NCBI GenBank assembly: GCA_028826165.1
Contig: JAPDFW010000074.1
Coordinates: forward strand, 310,001 to 374,000
DNA: 64,000 nucleotides
DNA from: Anaeramoeba ignava BMAN
Lineage: Eukaryota > Protista > Anaeramoebae
Direction of reading: 5' to 3'
In this document: one piece after another, positions 24,629 to 34,080 of the stretch
Layout of the letters: each line of letters opens with the position of its first letter
Position numbering within the stretch: the stretch's first letter is position 1
Notes under the pieces: model-generated
Databases searched by the model: none
What the model was told of the DNA's origin: nothing
Seen by the model: the letters and a program-made list of their open reading frames with translations, nothing else
Program-made: the position numbers and the translations under genes

Positions 24629-27592
24629 ATGTTTAACTTTAAATTCACACTTTTTTTTCTTTCTTTTCTTTTCTTTTCATTTTCTAACATAAAATGCACA
24701 CAAATTCAACCACAAAACAAAGAAAATTTAGAATTTTATCAAGGAATTGGCGAAATTGAAGAATTTATTCATTTAATTCCACAAAAAAACTCATTAATTG
24801 CCAAAACCAAAAATGGAATTGTTTCAATTAACTTGTCAAATGGAGAAATTAATTGGCGATTTATACTTCAAGAAACAGAAAAAATCAAATATTTTCTTGC
24901 AGATGAAAAATGGTTATTTTTGGTTTCAAATCAAAAAAATATCTTCATGTTAAATATTATGAATGGAAGAATTTTGTGGCAGGATTATATTGAGGAAATT
25001 GATTTGCAGAATAAAAAATACTCACATAATTTCGGCGGTTATTTTTCAAAAGAATCATTTTTATTTTATTCCAAAAATTATGTTGAACGTCGAGATCTTA
25101 AAAAAGGAACAATTGAATGGAAAAAACAGTTAAAATCATCACAAATTCAAATTCAAAATGTTTTTTGGAATGAGCAAGAAAATAAACTTTTTCTCATTGC
25201 AAATTCAATAAAGGATGCCAAGAGCAATTTGGTTATTCAAGTCTCAGATCTTTCAAACGATCAAATGGAGGACGTTCAACTTTCATTTCCTCTTTTTGCC
25301 AATAATAAGAATTCAAAAAATTTTATTCTTCTTGAAAACTCAGTTATTTTTTTGGATGAAAATTTGCAAAGAATAGGATTTATTAATCTTAAATCTCCAC
25401 TTGGTTCTCCCCAATATTATAGTCTTTCAAAATCAAAAATTGACCTATCAACTCTTGATTTTTCAGAATTAAAGAAAATCAAATCAAATCATTTTGCTCT
25501 TGTTTTCAATAGCATGCAAAATCAAGGAAAGCAATTGATGATGTTTTTCAGAATGAAAAATCTTCAAGATTCCTCCATTGAATTCATTAATTCTCTTGAT
25601 ATTGAACAAGATACTACAGTTGTGATTGCGCAAAACGATAATCAGGATAAATTCCCAAACGATTTATTTGTTTGTCAATTAAGTCAATACGAAAAACAAC
25701 TTGTTGTTGAAGTTAAAAAAATCGGAGATTCGATTGAAACTGCAGAAATTATGGAATACCACACTTTCACAAAATCACAAACAGGCAGAATCATCAATGC
25801 ATTTACTATTCCTCGCTCAGTCAAAAAAATGAAAAGTTCCCAAAAAAAAGTTCTTTGGAATACACTTGTTTTTTTTGAAGACCAGAAATTCGTTTCTTTA
25901 ATCGAAGGAAAATCGCTTTGGCAAAGAGAAGAAGCACTTTCCCAAATCATCAAGTATAAAATCATTGATAGTCCAATCGCAAAGCTTCCTCAAAAAGAAA
26001 CATTCTCTCAATCCATGAATATATTCTATTATAAAATCATGAATGATTTGAACAATTTTTTCAACGGAAAATTCGCTTTTCTTATGCCATCAAACAATTT
26101 TGATGCTTTAATTAATGAAAAGAAAAGACAGGAAGAATTTGGATTTCATAAAATTATGGTTTTGATTTCAAATTCAAGTCAAATATTTGGATTTGATACC
26201 CGAAGAGGAATTTATGATGGAATTATTTGGAAACATTCCTTATTAGAATATGATTTGATGGATATTTTCACAACAAATTCGAATTCGAATTCAAATTCAA
26301 ATTCAAACAATAAAATTTATTTAGTGGTTGCGAAATCCAAAAAAACAAGCACTTTGACAGGCTTTTTAATTAATCCTTTTAATGGTGAAATTATTCAGCA
26401 AATTCAACTCAATGGATTTTCTCCAAATTCACAATTTATTTCTCTTTCTCTTCCAACAAACAATTTGAAAAATTCCCAAAAATCCACAATTTCATCATCA
26501 ATTGAGCTTGTTTTTGTTGTGAATGAAGACCATTCTTCATGGAAAATTATTCCAGAAACAGAAGAAGCATTGAAAGCATTCCAATTAAACGCACACAAAC
26601 TAAAATTTTTCAGTATTGTTCCAGAAGAACACAAAGTGAAAGGATTTGGATTTGAGAAAAAAGACGATTCAGATCAATTTAATATTGTTTTGTTATGGAA
26701 TAAAATATTTTCATCTGATGAGGAGATATTAGGCTACTCAACAACATCAAGAGGGCAATTCCCCCAAACTTTGGCTGGAAATCAATACTTCAATCCCAAT
26801 TTGTTAGCAGTTTCAACTTACAATCACGAATCAGCATTCATTCATTTAATTGATCTTGAAAGTGATTCAATTCTTGGGATTTTTGAATATGAAAATGTCG
26901 AAAAGCCATTCCGAATCAAAATATCCCGAGAATGCATTCTGTCAACATATTGGAGCACCAAATACAAATCATATGTTGTTTCCACAATTCGTTTGGAAGC
27001 CTCAGATTTTTCTGCCAAGAATTATTTCAGAAACAAAGATGGATCAAAACAAAACTTATTATATTCAAAAGAAAAAGAAAGATCAATTGATTTCCAACAG
27101 GCTTCATTTTTACTCAAACCATCAACATCAACGGACATCAAAATCACAAAATCATACAAAGGAATCACATCAAAAGCAATACTATTTGGACTTTCAAGCG
27201 GGGATATTTTAATGCTACATGAAAAATTTCTCGATCCATCAAGACCAAGTTTAATCGAACTCAAAGAAATTGAAAAACAAATTCAATTTGAATTACCTCC
27301 TTATTTAACATTTCTTCCAGATCAAAGACCTTTATATATTACCAAAGGCAACCAGATTGAAATGCTCAGAGATATTGCTACAAAAGAAACCAAAATGGAA
27401 TCAGTTTCTTTTGTCTTTGCTTATGGTTTGGATCTTTTTTATACTTGGGTTTCTCCTTCAGGAAGTTTTGATATTTTACACAATGATTTCCATTTCTTCA
27501 TTTTGATTCTTTCCATTTTTGGATTAGTGATTACAATATGGATTTTGAGACATTTTATTAACAATAGAGAAATTAAATCTAATTGGCAATAA
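24629..27592 (+). CDS. EMC1: ER membrane protein complex subunit 1, intronless
   Basis: Signal peptide, PQQ-like propeller (GEINWRFIL, GRILWQ), WQREEALSQI, FGFHKIMVL, TKSYKGITSKAILFGL, MESVSFVFAYGLDLFYTWVSPSGSFDILHNDF, then C-terminal TM and terminal W. Confidence 0.92.
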   Translation: MFNFKFTLFFLSFLFFSFSNIKCTQIQPQNKENLEFYQGIGEIEEFIHLIPQKNSLIAKTKNGIVSINLSNGEINWRFILQETEKIKYFLADEKWLFLVSNQKNIFMLNIMNGRILWQDYIEEIDLQNKKYSHNFGGYFSKESFLFYSKNYVERRDLKKGTIEWKKQLKSSQIQIQNVFWNEQENKLFLIANSIKDAKSNLVIQVSDLSNDQMEDVQLSFPLFANNKNSKNFILLENSVIFLDENLQRIGFINLKSPLGSPQYYSLSKSKIDLSTLDFSELKKIKSNHFALVFNSMQNQGKQLMMFFRMKNLQDSSIEFINSLDIEQDTTVVIAQNDNQDKFPNDLFVCQLSQYEKQLVVEVKKIGDSIETAEIMEYHTFTKSQTGRIINAFTIPRSVKKMKSSQKKVLWNTLVFFEDQKFVSLIEGKSLWQREEALSQIIKYKIIDSPIAKLPQKETFSQSMNIFYYKIMNDLNNFFNGKFAFLMPSNNFDALINEKKRQEEFGFHKIMVLISNSSQIFGFDTRRGIYDGIIWKHSLLEYDLMDIFTTNSNSNSNSNSNNKIYLVVAKSKKTSTLTGFLINPFNGEIIQQIQLNGFSPNSQFISLSLPTNNLKNSQKSTISSSIELVFVVNEDHSSWKIIPETEEALKAFQLNAHKLKFFSIVPEEHKVKGFGFEKKDDSDQFNIVLLWNKIFSSDEEILGYSTTSRGQFPQTLAGNQYFNPNLLAVSTYNHESAFIHLIDLESDSILGIFEYENVEKPFRIKISRECILSTYWSTKYKSYVVSTIRLEASDFSAKNYFRNKDGSKQNLLYSKEKERSIDFQQASFLLKPSTSTDIKITKSYKGITSKAILFGLSSGDILMLHEKFLDPSRPSLIELKEIEKQIQFELPPYLTFLPDQRPLYITKGNQIEMLRDIATKETKMESVSFVFAYGLDLFYTWVSPSGSFDILHNDFHFFILILSIFGLVITIWILRHFINNREIKSNWQ

Positions 27593-27711
27593 TAACAAAC
27601 AAGAAAATCAAAATCATAAAATTTTATTTCAAATTTCCATAAAAAACAAAAAAAACAAAAACCAAAAACCAAAACAAAATTTCCATAAAAAACAAATAAA
27701 AAAAATTTTCA

Positions 27712-28331
27712 TCATTTTTCTTGTTTTAAGTTGTTTGTAAGAATTTGAATTTGCTTCTAAATTATTTTCAAAAAAAAAAGAAAAAAAAAATTTAAATTAG
27801 TAAATGTTTTGTTTTTTAAATTAAATCATTTCTTACTTTTAAATGAGAATTTTCAGTAACAAAAAATTCCAATTTTTCCCTAATTTCAAAATTTTCCAAT
27901 TTTAATCTTTTTGTTTCTTCTTCAAAATCAGTTAATCTTTTTCTAATTCTTTCTCTACTTTTTTTTGCACTTTTTCGGTTTTTTAACAATCTTCTCATTT
28001 TTTTTTGATCTGGACTTAATTTCTTAAGTTGTTCTCTTGACATTTTCCCAGCAAGATCAATTTGAGGTTTGGAATCTTTTTTTTGAAGAGGTTTTAAGAT
28101 TTTTTGATTTTTTCTTGGAGTGATTTCTTCCTTTTTGTTTTGATCCAAAAATTGGTTTTCTTCAAAAAAATTTAAATCATTTCCTTCAAAAATATCATCA
28201 ATATCATCAATATCATTTTCATTTTGATTTTGTTGGAAACTCAATAATTCTGTGTTAAAATCATTTGGATTATCTTCTTCAAATAGAGAATTAGGGAAAT
28301 TTAATTCAAATTCTGTTTGAGTTGATTTCAT
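27712..28331 (-). CDS. bZIP transcription factor, 2 exons (28331-27837, 27756-27712)
   Basis: KKMRRLLKNRKSAKKSRERIRKRLTDFEEETKRLKLEN leucine zipper. 80-nt GTAAGA...TTTAG intron with a TACTAAT branch-like site. Confidence 0.85.
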
Positions 28332-28544
28332 TTAAATAATAAAACAAAACTAAGTTAATTAAAATTAATAAAGAAAAAAAATAAATTAAAAAAAATAAAC
28401 AAAAATTTTTTTCTTTTAAAATAAAAATAAAAATAAAAAAATTAAAATAAAAAAAACAGAAGAAGTAAAAATCTTTTTCATGAGAAGCAAAGCTAAATCT
28501 TTTTTAATTTTTTTTTTTAAAAGAAAAAATTTTAAATTTTATTT

Positions 28545-29200
28545 AATTTAAAATAAATTTATTCAATTTCCTTAATTAATTTAATTTTAAAATTTATTTT
28601 AAAATTATTCCACTTTTTTTAATTAATTTAATTTCAAAATTTATTCCACTTTCTTTAATTAATTTATTTTTAAAATTTATTCAAAATTTATTCCACTTTC
28701 TTTAATTAATTTAATTTCAAAATTTATTCCACTTTTTTTAATTAATTTAATTTAAAATTTATTCCACTTTTTTTAATTAATTTAATTTCAAAATTTATTT
28801 TAAAATTTATTCCATTTTTTTTAATTAATTTAATTTTAAATTTTATTCCATTTTTAATTAATTTAATTTCAAAATTAATTTAATTTTCCTTAATTAATTT
28901 AATTTCAAAATTTATTTAAAATTTATTTCAATTTCTTTAATTAATTTAATTTCAAAATTTATTTTAAATTTATTTAATTAATTTAATTTCAAAATTTATT
29001 TTAAAATTTATTCCATTTTCTTTAATTAATTTAATTTTAAAATTAATTTAAAATTTATTCCACTTTTTTTAATTAATTTAATTTTAAAATTTATTTTAAA
29101 TTTATTTCAATTTTTTTAATTAATTTAATTTCAAAATTTAATTTTAAAATTTATTCACTTTTCTTTAATTAATTTAATTTCAAAATTAATTTTAAAATTT
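28545..29200. repeat. Intergenic degenerate minisatellite, ~35-50-bp unit TTAATTAATTTAATTTCAAAATTTATTCCACTTT
   Basis: Repeated TTAATTAATTTAATTT(C/T)AAAATTTATT and TTCCACTTT blocks. Confidence 0.85.
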
Positions 29201-29244
29201 AAATATTCTAAATAGTAATATTTTTTTATTCATAAAAGATTGTT

Positions 29245-31380
29245 TTAATAAATTTTTTTCGTAAGATAAATTTCAAGAATTGAAATTTCCCATGATTGTT
29301 TTTTAGCTAAAAAACCTTTCAACTTTTTCTTATTTTTAATTTCAGGAGGTGAATAAGCTGTTCCAAAATTTTTTGAATCACCAGACATCAATTCATCATC
29401 AATTTCCAAATCTCCAAAATTTGGACCACAACGAGAATCATAAATAATTTGATTTTGTTCTGGATTAGCAGGAAATTGTTCAATTGGATATTTTTTTGGA
29501 TTTTTGAAGGTAAATAAAAAAGCATCTTCATCTTTGATTTCTCCATAATTTGCTAATGAATGTTTATTCGTTTTATCCCATCTTTCGGGATCTGAAATCC
29601 ATCCAAGTTTTGTAAATCCTCCAAAAATATATCCATTCATTGTTTTAATTATAATTAGGCATGGACCTCTATCATCGCAAGTTGCATGAAAATTTAGACC
29701 TTCTATTTTGTCTTTCTTGTTTTTTCTTTCATAAGATAATGAAGGAATAAATGAATCAAATAAATCTTGGTTATCGATCCACATTTTTAATCTTGTTATC
29801 CAATCTTCAGACTCATTCTCTTTTAAAATTTTTGATTTTATGAAACATTCTGGAAATTTATATTTTTTATTATCTGAAGTTTGTTTCGAATGATCAACAA
29901 CACTTTTTTCATCATTTCTATTTTTTGGTGTTTCAAAGTTACTTTGAATCATTTGGTTTTTAGTTTTTGGCTTTTCAATTTCAATTTCATTTTTTGGTTT
30001 TTCAAATTCATTTTCATTTTTTGGTTTTTCAAATTTGTTTTCATTTTTTGGTTTTTCAAAGTTACTTTGAATCATTTGGTTTTCATTTTTTGGTTTTTCA
30101 AATTTGTTTTCATTTTTTGGCTTTTCAAAGTTACTTTGAATCATTTGGTTTTCATTTTTTGGTTTTTCAAATTTGTTTTCATTTTTTGGCTTTTCAAATT
30201 TGTTTTCATTTTTTGGTTTTTCAAATTCAATTTCATTTTTTGGTTTTTCAAATTCGTTTTGAATATTTTCATTTTTTGGTTTTTGAATTTTTTCATTTTT
30301 TAGTTTTTGAATTTTTTCATTTTTTGGCTTTTCAAATTCGTTTTGATTTTTTGGTTTTTCAAATTCGTTTTCATTTTTTGGTTTTTTAAATTTGTTTTCA
30401 TTTTTTGGTTTTTCAAATTTGTTTTGATTTTTTGGTTTTTCAAATTGATTTGGAATTGTTTTGTTGGAAATATTTTCTGGAATTATATTGATATTAAGCT
30501 CTTCTTGATATTGAATATTTATTTGTCTCTTTTTAGAAAATAAAAAATGAATATCTCGATCCTGAAAATTTAAATCTTTCTTCCAAAATGAATCTTTGTG
30601 AAATTCAGAAATAATTTCATCTGGGATTTTATCTGGAAATAAAAAATTCAGTATTTTGTTAACTAATTCGAAATATTTTTGCTTTCTTTTCCAATATTTG
30701 ATTATAGTTTTTTGTGAATTTGATAATTTGATCCAATTAATAATAAACTTGTAAAGGATTATCTCCTTTTTTTTATCTGAACTTCTTCTTAATTTTTTAA
30801 TAATATTAACAATTGCTTTTTCAGATAAGTTGACAATATCTGGATTGTCTATGATTTCTTCAACTGAATTATACATAAAACCAAGTGAATGATCAATAAC
30901 TTTTTCTGAATTGATTTCTTGAGCTTTTAAATAAATTTCGATGACTGTTTTTGATTCTATTAATTTTATAATTTTTCCATTCATTTTTTCAATTAACTTT
31001 TCAATTTCCAATTTATATGAAGTTATCCACAAATCAATAGTTTCATTTTTATCAACTTTAATTTTGGATGTTTCAAAAAATATTAAGATTTTTTGAAATA
31101 GTTGAAGTTTCAATTCTGGAAAATGATATTCTTGTATCCAATTTTGTTTTTTGAATAATCTGTAGAAAAAAATTGAGTTTTGATATAAAATTATTTTTGA
31201 ACAAATAACTTTTTCACTTCCTTGTCCAAGATAAATTGTGATTAGATTTGAAAGGTTTTCTGAAACATATAATTTTAAAATATTTAGATCATTTTCTTTT
31301 TTATGTTTTTTATGTTTTTTATGTTTTTTTTTAGAATCAGATTTTAAATCATTTTCTTTATTTTTTATCAAATTTGACAT
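29245..31380 (-). CDS. Divergent BTB-BACK-TLDc protein with internal FEKPKNENx repeat linker
   Basis: Degenerate BTB (VICSKIILYQNSIFFYRLF), BACK-like region, 9-aa repeats at ~29910-30445, TLDc (NFHATCDDRGPCLIIIKTMNGYIFGGFT...GPNFG...LEIY). Confidence 0.8.
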   Translation of the reverse strand: MSNLIKNKENDLKSDSKKKHKKHKKHKKENDLNILKLYVSENLSNLITIYLGQGSEKVICSKIILYQNSIFFYRLFKKQNWIQEYHFPELKLQLFQKILIFFETSKIKVDKNETIDLWITSYKLEIEKLIEKMNGKIIKLIESKTVIEIYLKAQEINSEKVIDHSLGFMYNSVEEIIDNPDIVNLSEKAIVNIIKKLRRSSDKKKEIILYKFIINWIKLSNSQKTIIKYWKRKQKYFELVNKILNFLFPDKIPDEIISEFHKDSFWKKDLNFQDRDIHFLFSKKRQINIQYQEELNINIIPENISNKTIPNQFEKPKNQNKFEKPKNENKFKKPKNENEFEKPKNQNEFEKPKNEKIQKLKNEKIQKPKNENIQNEFEKPKNEIEFEKPKNENKFEKPKNENKFEKPKNENQMIQSNFEKPKNENKFEKPKNENQMIQSNFEKPKNENKFEKPKNENEFEKPKNEIEIEKPKTKNQMIQSNFETPKNRNDEKSVVDHSKQTSDNKKYKFPECFIKSKILKENESEDWITRLKMWIDNQDLFDSFIPSLSYERKNKKDKIEGLNFHATCDDRGPCLIIIKTMNGYIFGGFTKLGWISDPERWDKTNKHSLANYGEIKDEDAFLFTFKNPKKYPIEQFPANPEQNQIIYDSRCGPNFGDLEIDDELMSGDSKNFGTAYSPPEIKNKKKLKGFLAKKQSWEISILEIYLTKKIY

Positions 31381-31404
31381 TTTTATTTTAATTATTATTA
31401 TTTT

Positions 31405-31447
31405 AAAAATGAAAAAATGAAAAAATGAAAAAATGAAAAATGAAAAA
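31405..31447 (-). promoter_or_regulatory. Five tandem TCATTTT motifs upstream of BTB-TLDc gene 3
   Basis: (AAAAATG)x5 on the plus strand, 25-65 nt upstream of minus-strand ATG 31380. Confidence 0.55.
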
Positions 31448-31534
31448 AGAAATCCAAAATTTTTTTTCCTGTTTTTTTTTTAATTAATAAAAAAATAGGA
31501 TTTCATTAAGGTTAATTAATAAAATTAATTCCAA

Positions 31535-32290
31535 AAATAGATTTAGATTAATTTATAAATAGATTTAGATTAATTTATAAATAGATTTTAATTAAATTAT
31601 TTATTTGGGCAAAAAATGGATATTTTATTTTAATTTTAGATTTAGATTAATTTATAAATAGATTTAGATTTATTTATAAATAGATTTTTAATTAAATTAT
31701 AAATAGATTTAGATTAATTTATAAATAAATTTAGATTAATTTATAAATAGATTTAGATTAATTTATAAATAAATAGATTTTAATTAAATTATAAATTTGG
31801 GCAAAAATGGATATTTTATTTTAATTTTAGATTTAGATTAATTTATAAATAGATTTAGATTAATTTATAAATAGATTTAGATTTATTTATAAATAGATTT
31901 AGATTAATTTATAAATAAATAGATTTAGATTAAATTATTTATTTGGGAAAAAAATGGATATTTTATTTTAATTTTAGATTTAGATTAATTTATAAATAGA
32001 TTTAGATTAATTTATAAATAGATTTAGATTAATTTATAAATAAATAGATTTTAATTAAATTATTTATTTGGGCAAAAATGGATATTTTATTTTAATTTTA
32101 GATTTAGATTAATTTATAAATAGATTTAGATTAAATTTAAATAGATTTAGATTAAATTATAAATAGATTTAGATTAATTTATAAATAAATAGATTTAAAT
32201 TAAATTATTTATTTGAGCAAAAAATGGATATTTTAAATTAATTTTAGATTTAGATTAATTTATAAATAGATTTATTTATAAATAGATTTT
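31535..32290. repeat. Intergenic compound satellite: 22-mer TAGATTTAGATTAATTTATAAA arrays punctuated by ATTTGGGCAAAAATGGATATTTT
   Basis: Punctuating motif at ~31603, 31795, 31941, 32067 and 32211, with variable numbers of 22-mers between. Confidence 0.85.
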
Positions 32291-32427
32291 AATTTTAAAA
32301 AGAAAGGAGAAAATTATCTTTTTTTTTTTTCCCATTTTTTCAAGATAACTAAATTTCTTTTTCAATTTAGGGAAAATTTTTTTTTTTTGATTTATTTTTT
32401 CTTTCTTTCTTTTTAATAAATTTATAA

Positions 32428-33807
32428 ATGAATAAAACAGCAATCACATTAACAATCTTTTGTATCTCAAGTTTAATAATCATTTTATTCATCTTATTAA
32501 AACCAACAATCAAGATAAAATTCAAGAAAAATGAGTTTTCTTTTAGTACTTATTTTATCGGGGCTGTTTTAGGAACAGTATCATTATTAGCATTTACATT
32601 GATTAACTTTGATGATGTTATTAACGGATTAAAAGGCAAAAACCAATTAAAGCCTTTAGGAATTCTGATATTATTTTTCTCAATGGTTTTTATTAGTATC
32701 TATCTTGACACAACTGGATTTTTCGAATTTTGTGCTCGATATGCTCTTCAAAAATCAGGAGGAAGTGGAACAAAGCTTTTTATTGTGATTTACATCACAG
32801 TTTCCATATTGACACTTTTTACTTCAAATGATATTGTCATACTAACTTTCACTCCCTTTATTTATTACTTCACAATAGAAGTGGATATTGATCCAATTCC
32901 CTATTTGATCTCTGAATTTTATGCAGCAAACACTTGGAGTATGTCTCTTTTAATCGGCAACCCAACAAATATCCTTCTTGGAACAGCCTTCAGCATCAGC
33001 TTCTTCCAATACTTCAAATGGATGATTTTCCCAACAATTTTTGCTGGAATAGCAAATTTTTTCTTGCTGTATTTTGTTTTCAAAAAGAAAATCTCCTTTT
33101 CCATTCTTAGACCTTCACAACAAGAAATCAAACCCTTAGAAGCAATCAAAACCAAAAAAGGTGCCATTTTGGGATTGCTTTTTCTCCTAATAACAGTTAT
33201 TCTACTCGCAATTTCTCCAACTTTCAAAGTAGAAATGTGGATTGTTTCTGCTGTTTTGGCAGGTTTTCTTCTTCTCATTTTAATCATCAAAGATCTTTAT
33301 CTAAAATTCGCCAGTTCAACTCCCAAAGAATCAAAAACCTTCTCTCTCCCTGAAATTGCAAGGAGACTTCCTTGGCTTGTAATACCCTTTGTGCTGTGCT
33401 TGTTCATAACAGTGGAAGGTCTTCGGAAATATGGAATTCCTTCAAGTATTGGTGGTTTTTTTTCTAGAATCGCAAACAATGATCCAAAACTCATTTTCCT
33501 TTATGGATACTCCTCTTCCATTTCAGCTAATATTCTTAATAACATCCCAATGTCAGTTGCCTTTTCAGGAATTTTGGAAGGTCATGATCAATTGTCTTCC
33601 GTTTTTTCAACTATTATAGGCTCAAATCTTGGAGCAAATTTATCACCAATTGGTGCTCTTGCTGGGATTATGTGGATGTCCATTTTAAGACAAAAAAATG
33701 TTCCACTTACTTTTTGGAAATTTACTCTTTATGGTTTATTAATGACTCCTGTTACAATTTTAATTTGTCTTTCAGTTCTTGCTATTGAATTTTTGATTAT
33801 AAATTGA
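32428..33807 (+). CDS. ArsB/NhaD (ion transporter superfamily) permease, intronless
   Basis: About 12 TM segments. LDTTGFFEFCA, LTLFTSNDIVILTFTP, ANTWSMSLLIGNPTNI, ANILNNIPMSV, IGSNLGANLSPIGALAGIMW. Confidence 0.85.
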   Translation: MNKTAITLTIFCISSLIIILFILLKPTIKIKFKKNEFSFSTYFIGAVLGTVSLLAFTLINFDDVINGLKGKNQLKPLGILILFFSMVFISIYLDTTGFFEFCARYALQKSGGSGTKLFIVIYITVSILTLFTSNDIVILTFTPFIYYFTIEVDIDPIPYLISEFYAANTWSMSLLIGNPTNILLGTAFSISFFQYFKWMIFPTIFAGIANFFLLYFVFKKKISFSILRPSQQEIKPLEAIKTKKGAILGLLFLLITVILLAISPTFKVEMWIVSAVLAGFLLLILIIKDLYLKFASSTPKESKTFSLPEIARRLPWLVIPFVLCLFITVEGLRKYGIPSSIGGFFSRIANNDPKLIFLYGYSSSISANILNNIPMSVAFSGILEGHDQLSSVFSTIIGSNLGANLSPIGALAGIMWMSILRQKNVPLTFWKFTLYGLLMTPVTILICLSVLAIEFLIIN

Positions 33808-34080
33808 AAAAAAGAAAAAATAATTTATTTTTTTTTTTCTAATTTGAATTTTCATTTTTTTATTGGTTTGAAAAGATTTTTCTTTTATGGTTTTTATTAG
33901 AAACAAAAATATAAAAGAAAAATCATAATTCTTTTTTTTTTTTTGAATTAAAAATCAAACCTAAAGGAAATCAGGTTTTATCAGAGAATGAAAAGCTTTT
34001 TTTTTCTTATTCACTTTCTTTCTTTTTTGACACTTGATACATTCATACAAATTATTTTAATTTGATAAAAGAAAAAAAGA

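Noticed and set aside
31535-32290. CRISPR-like look (conserved block with variable spacing)
   Set aside because: The spacers are themselves repeats of one 22-mer, spacing is irregular, there are no cas genes and the context is eukaryotic.
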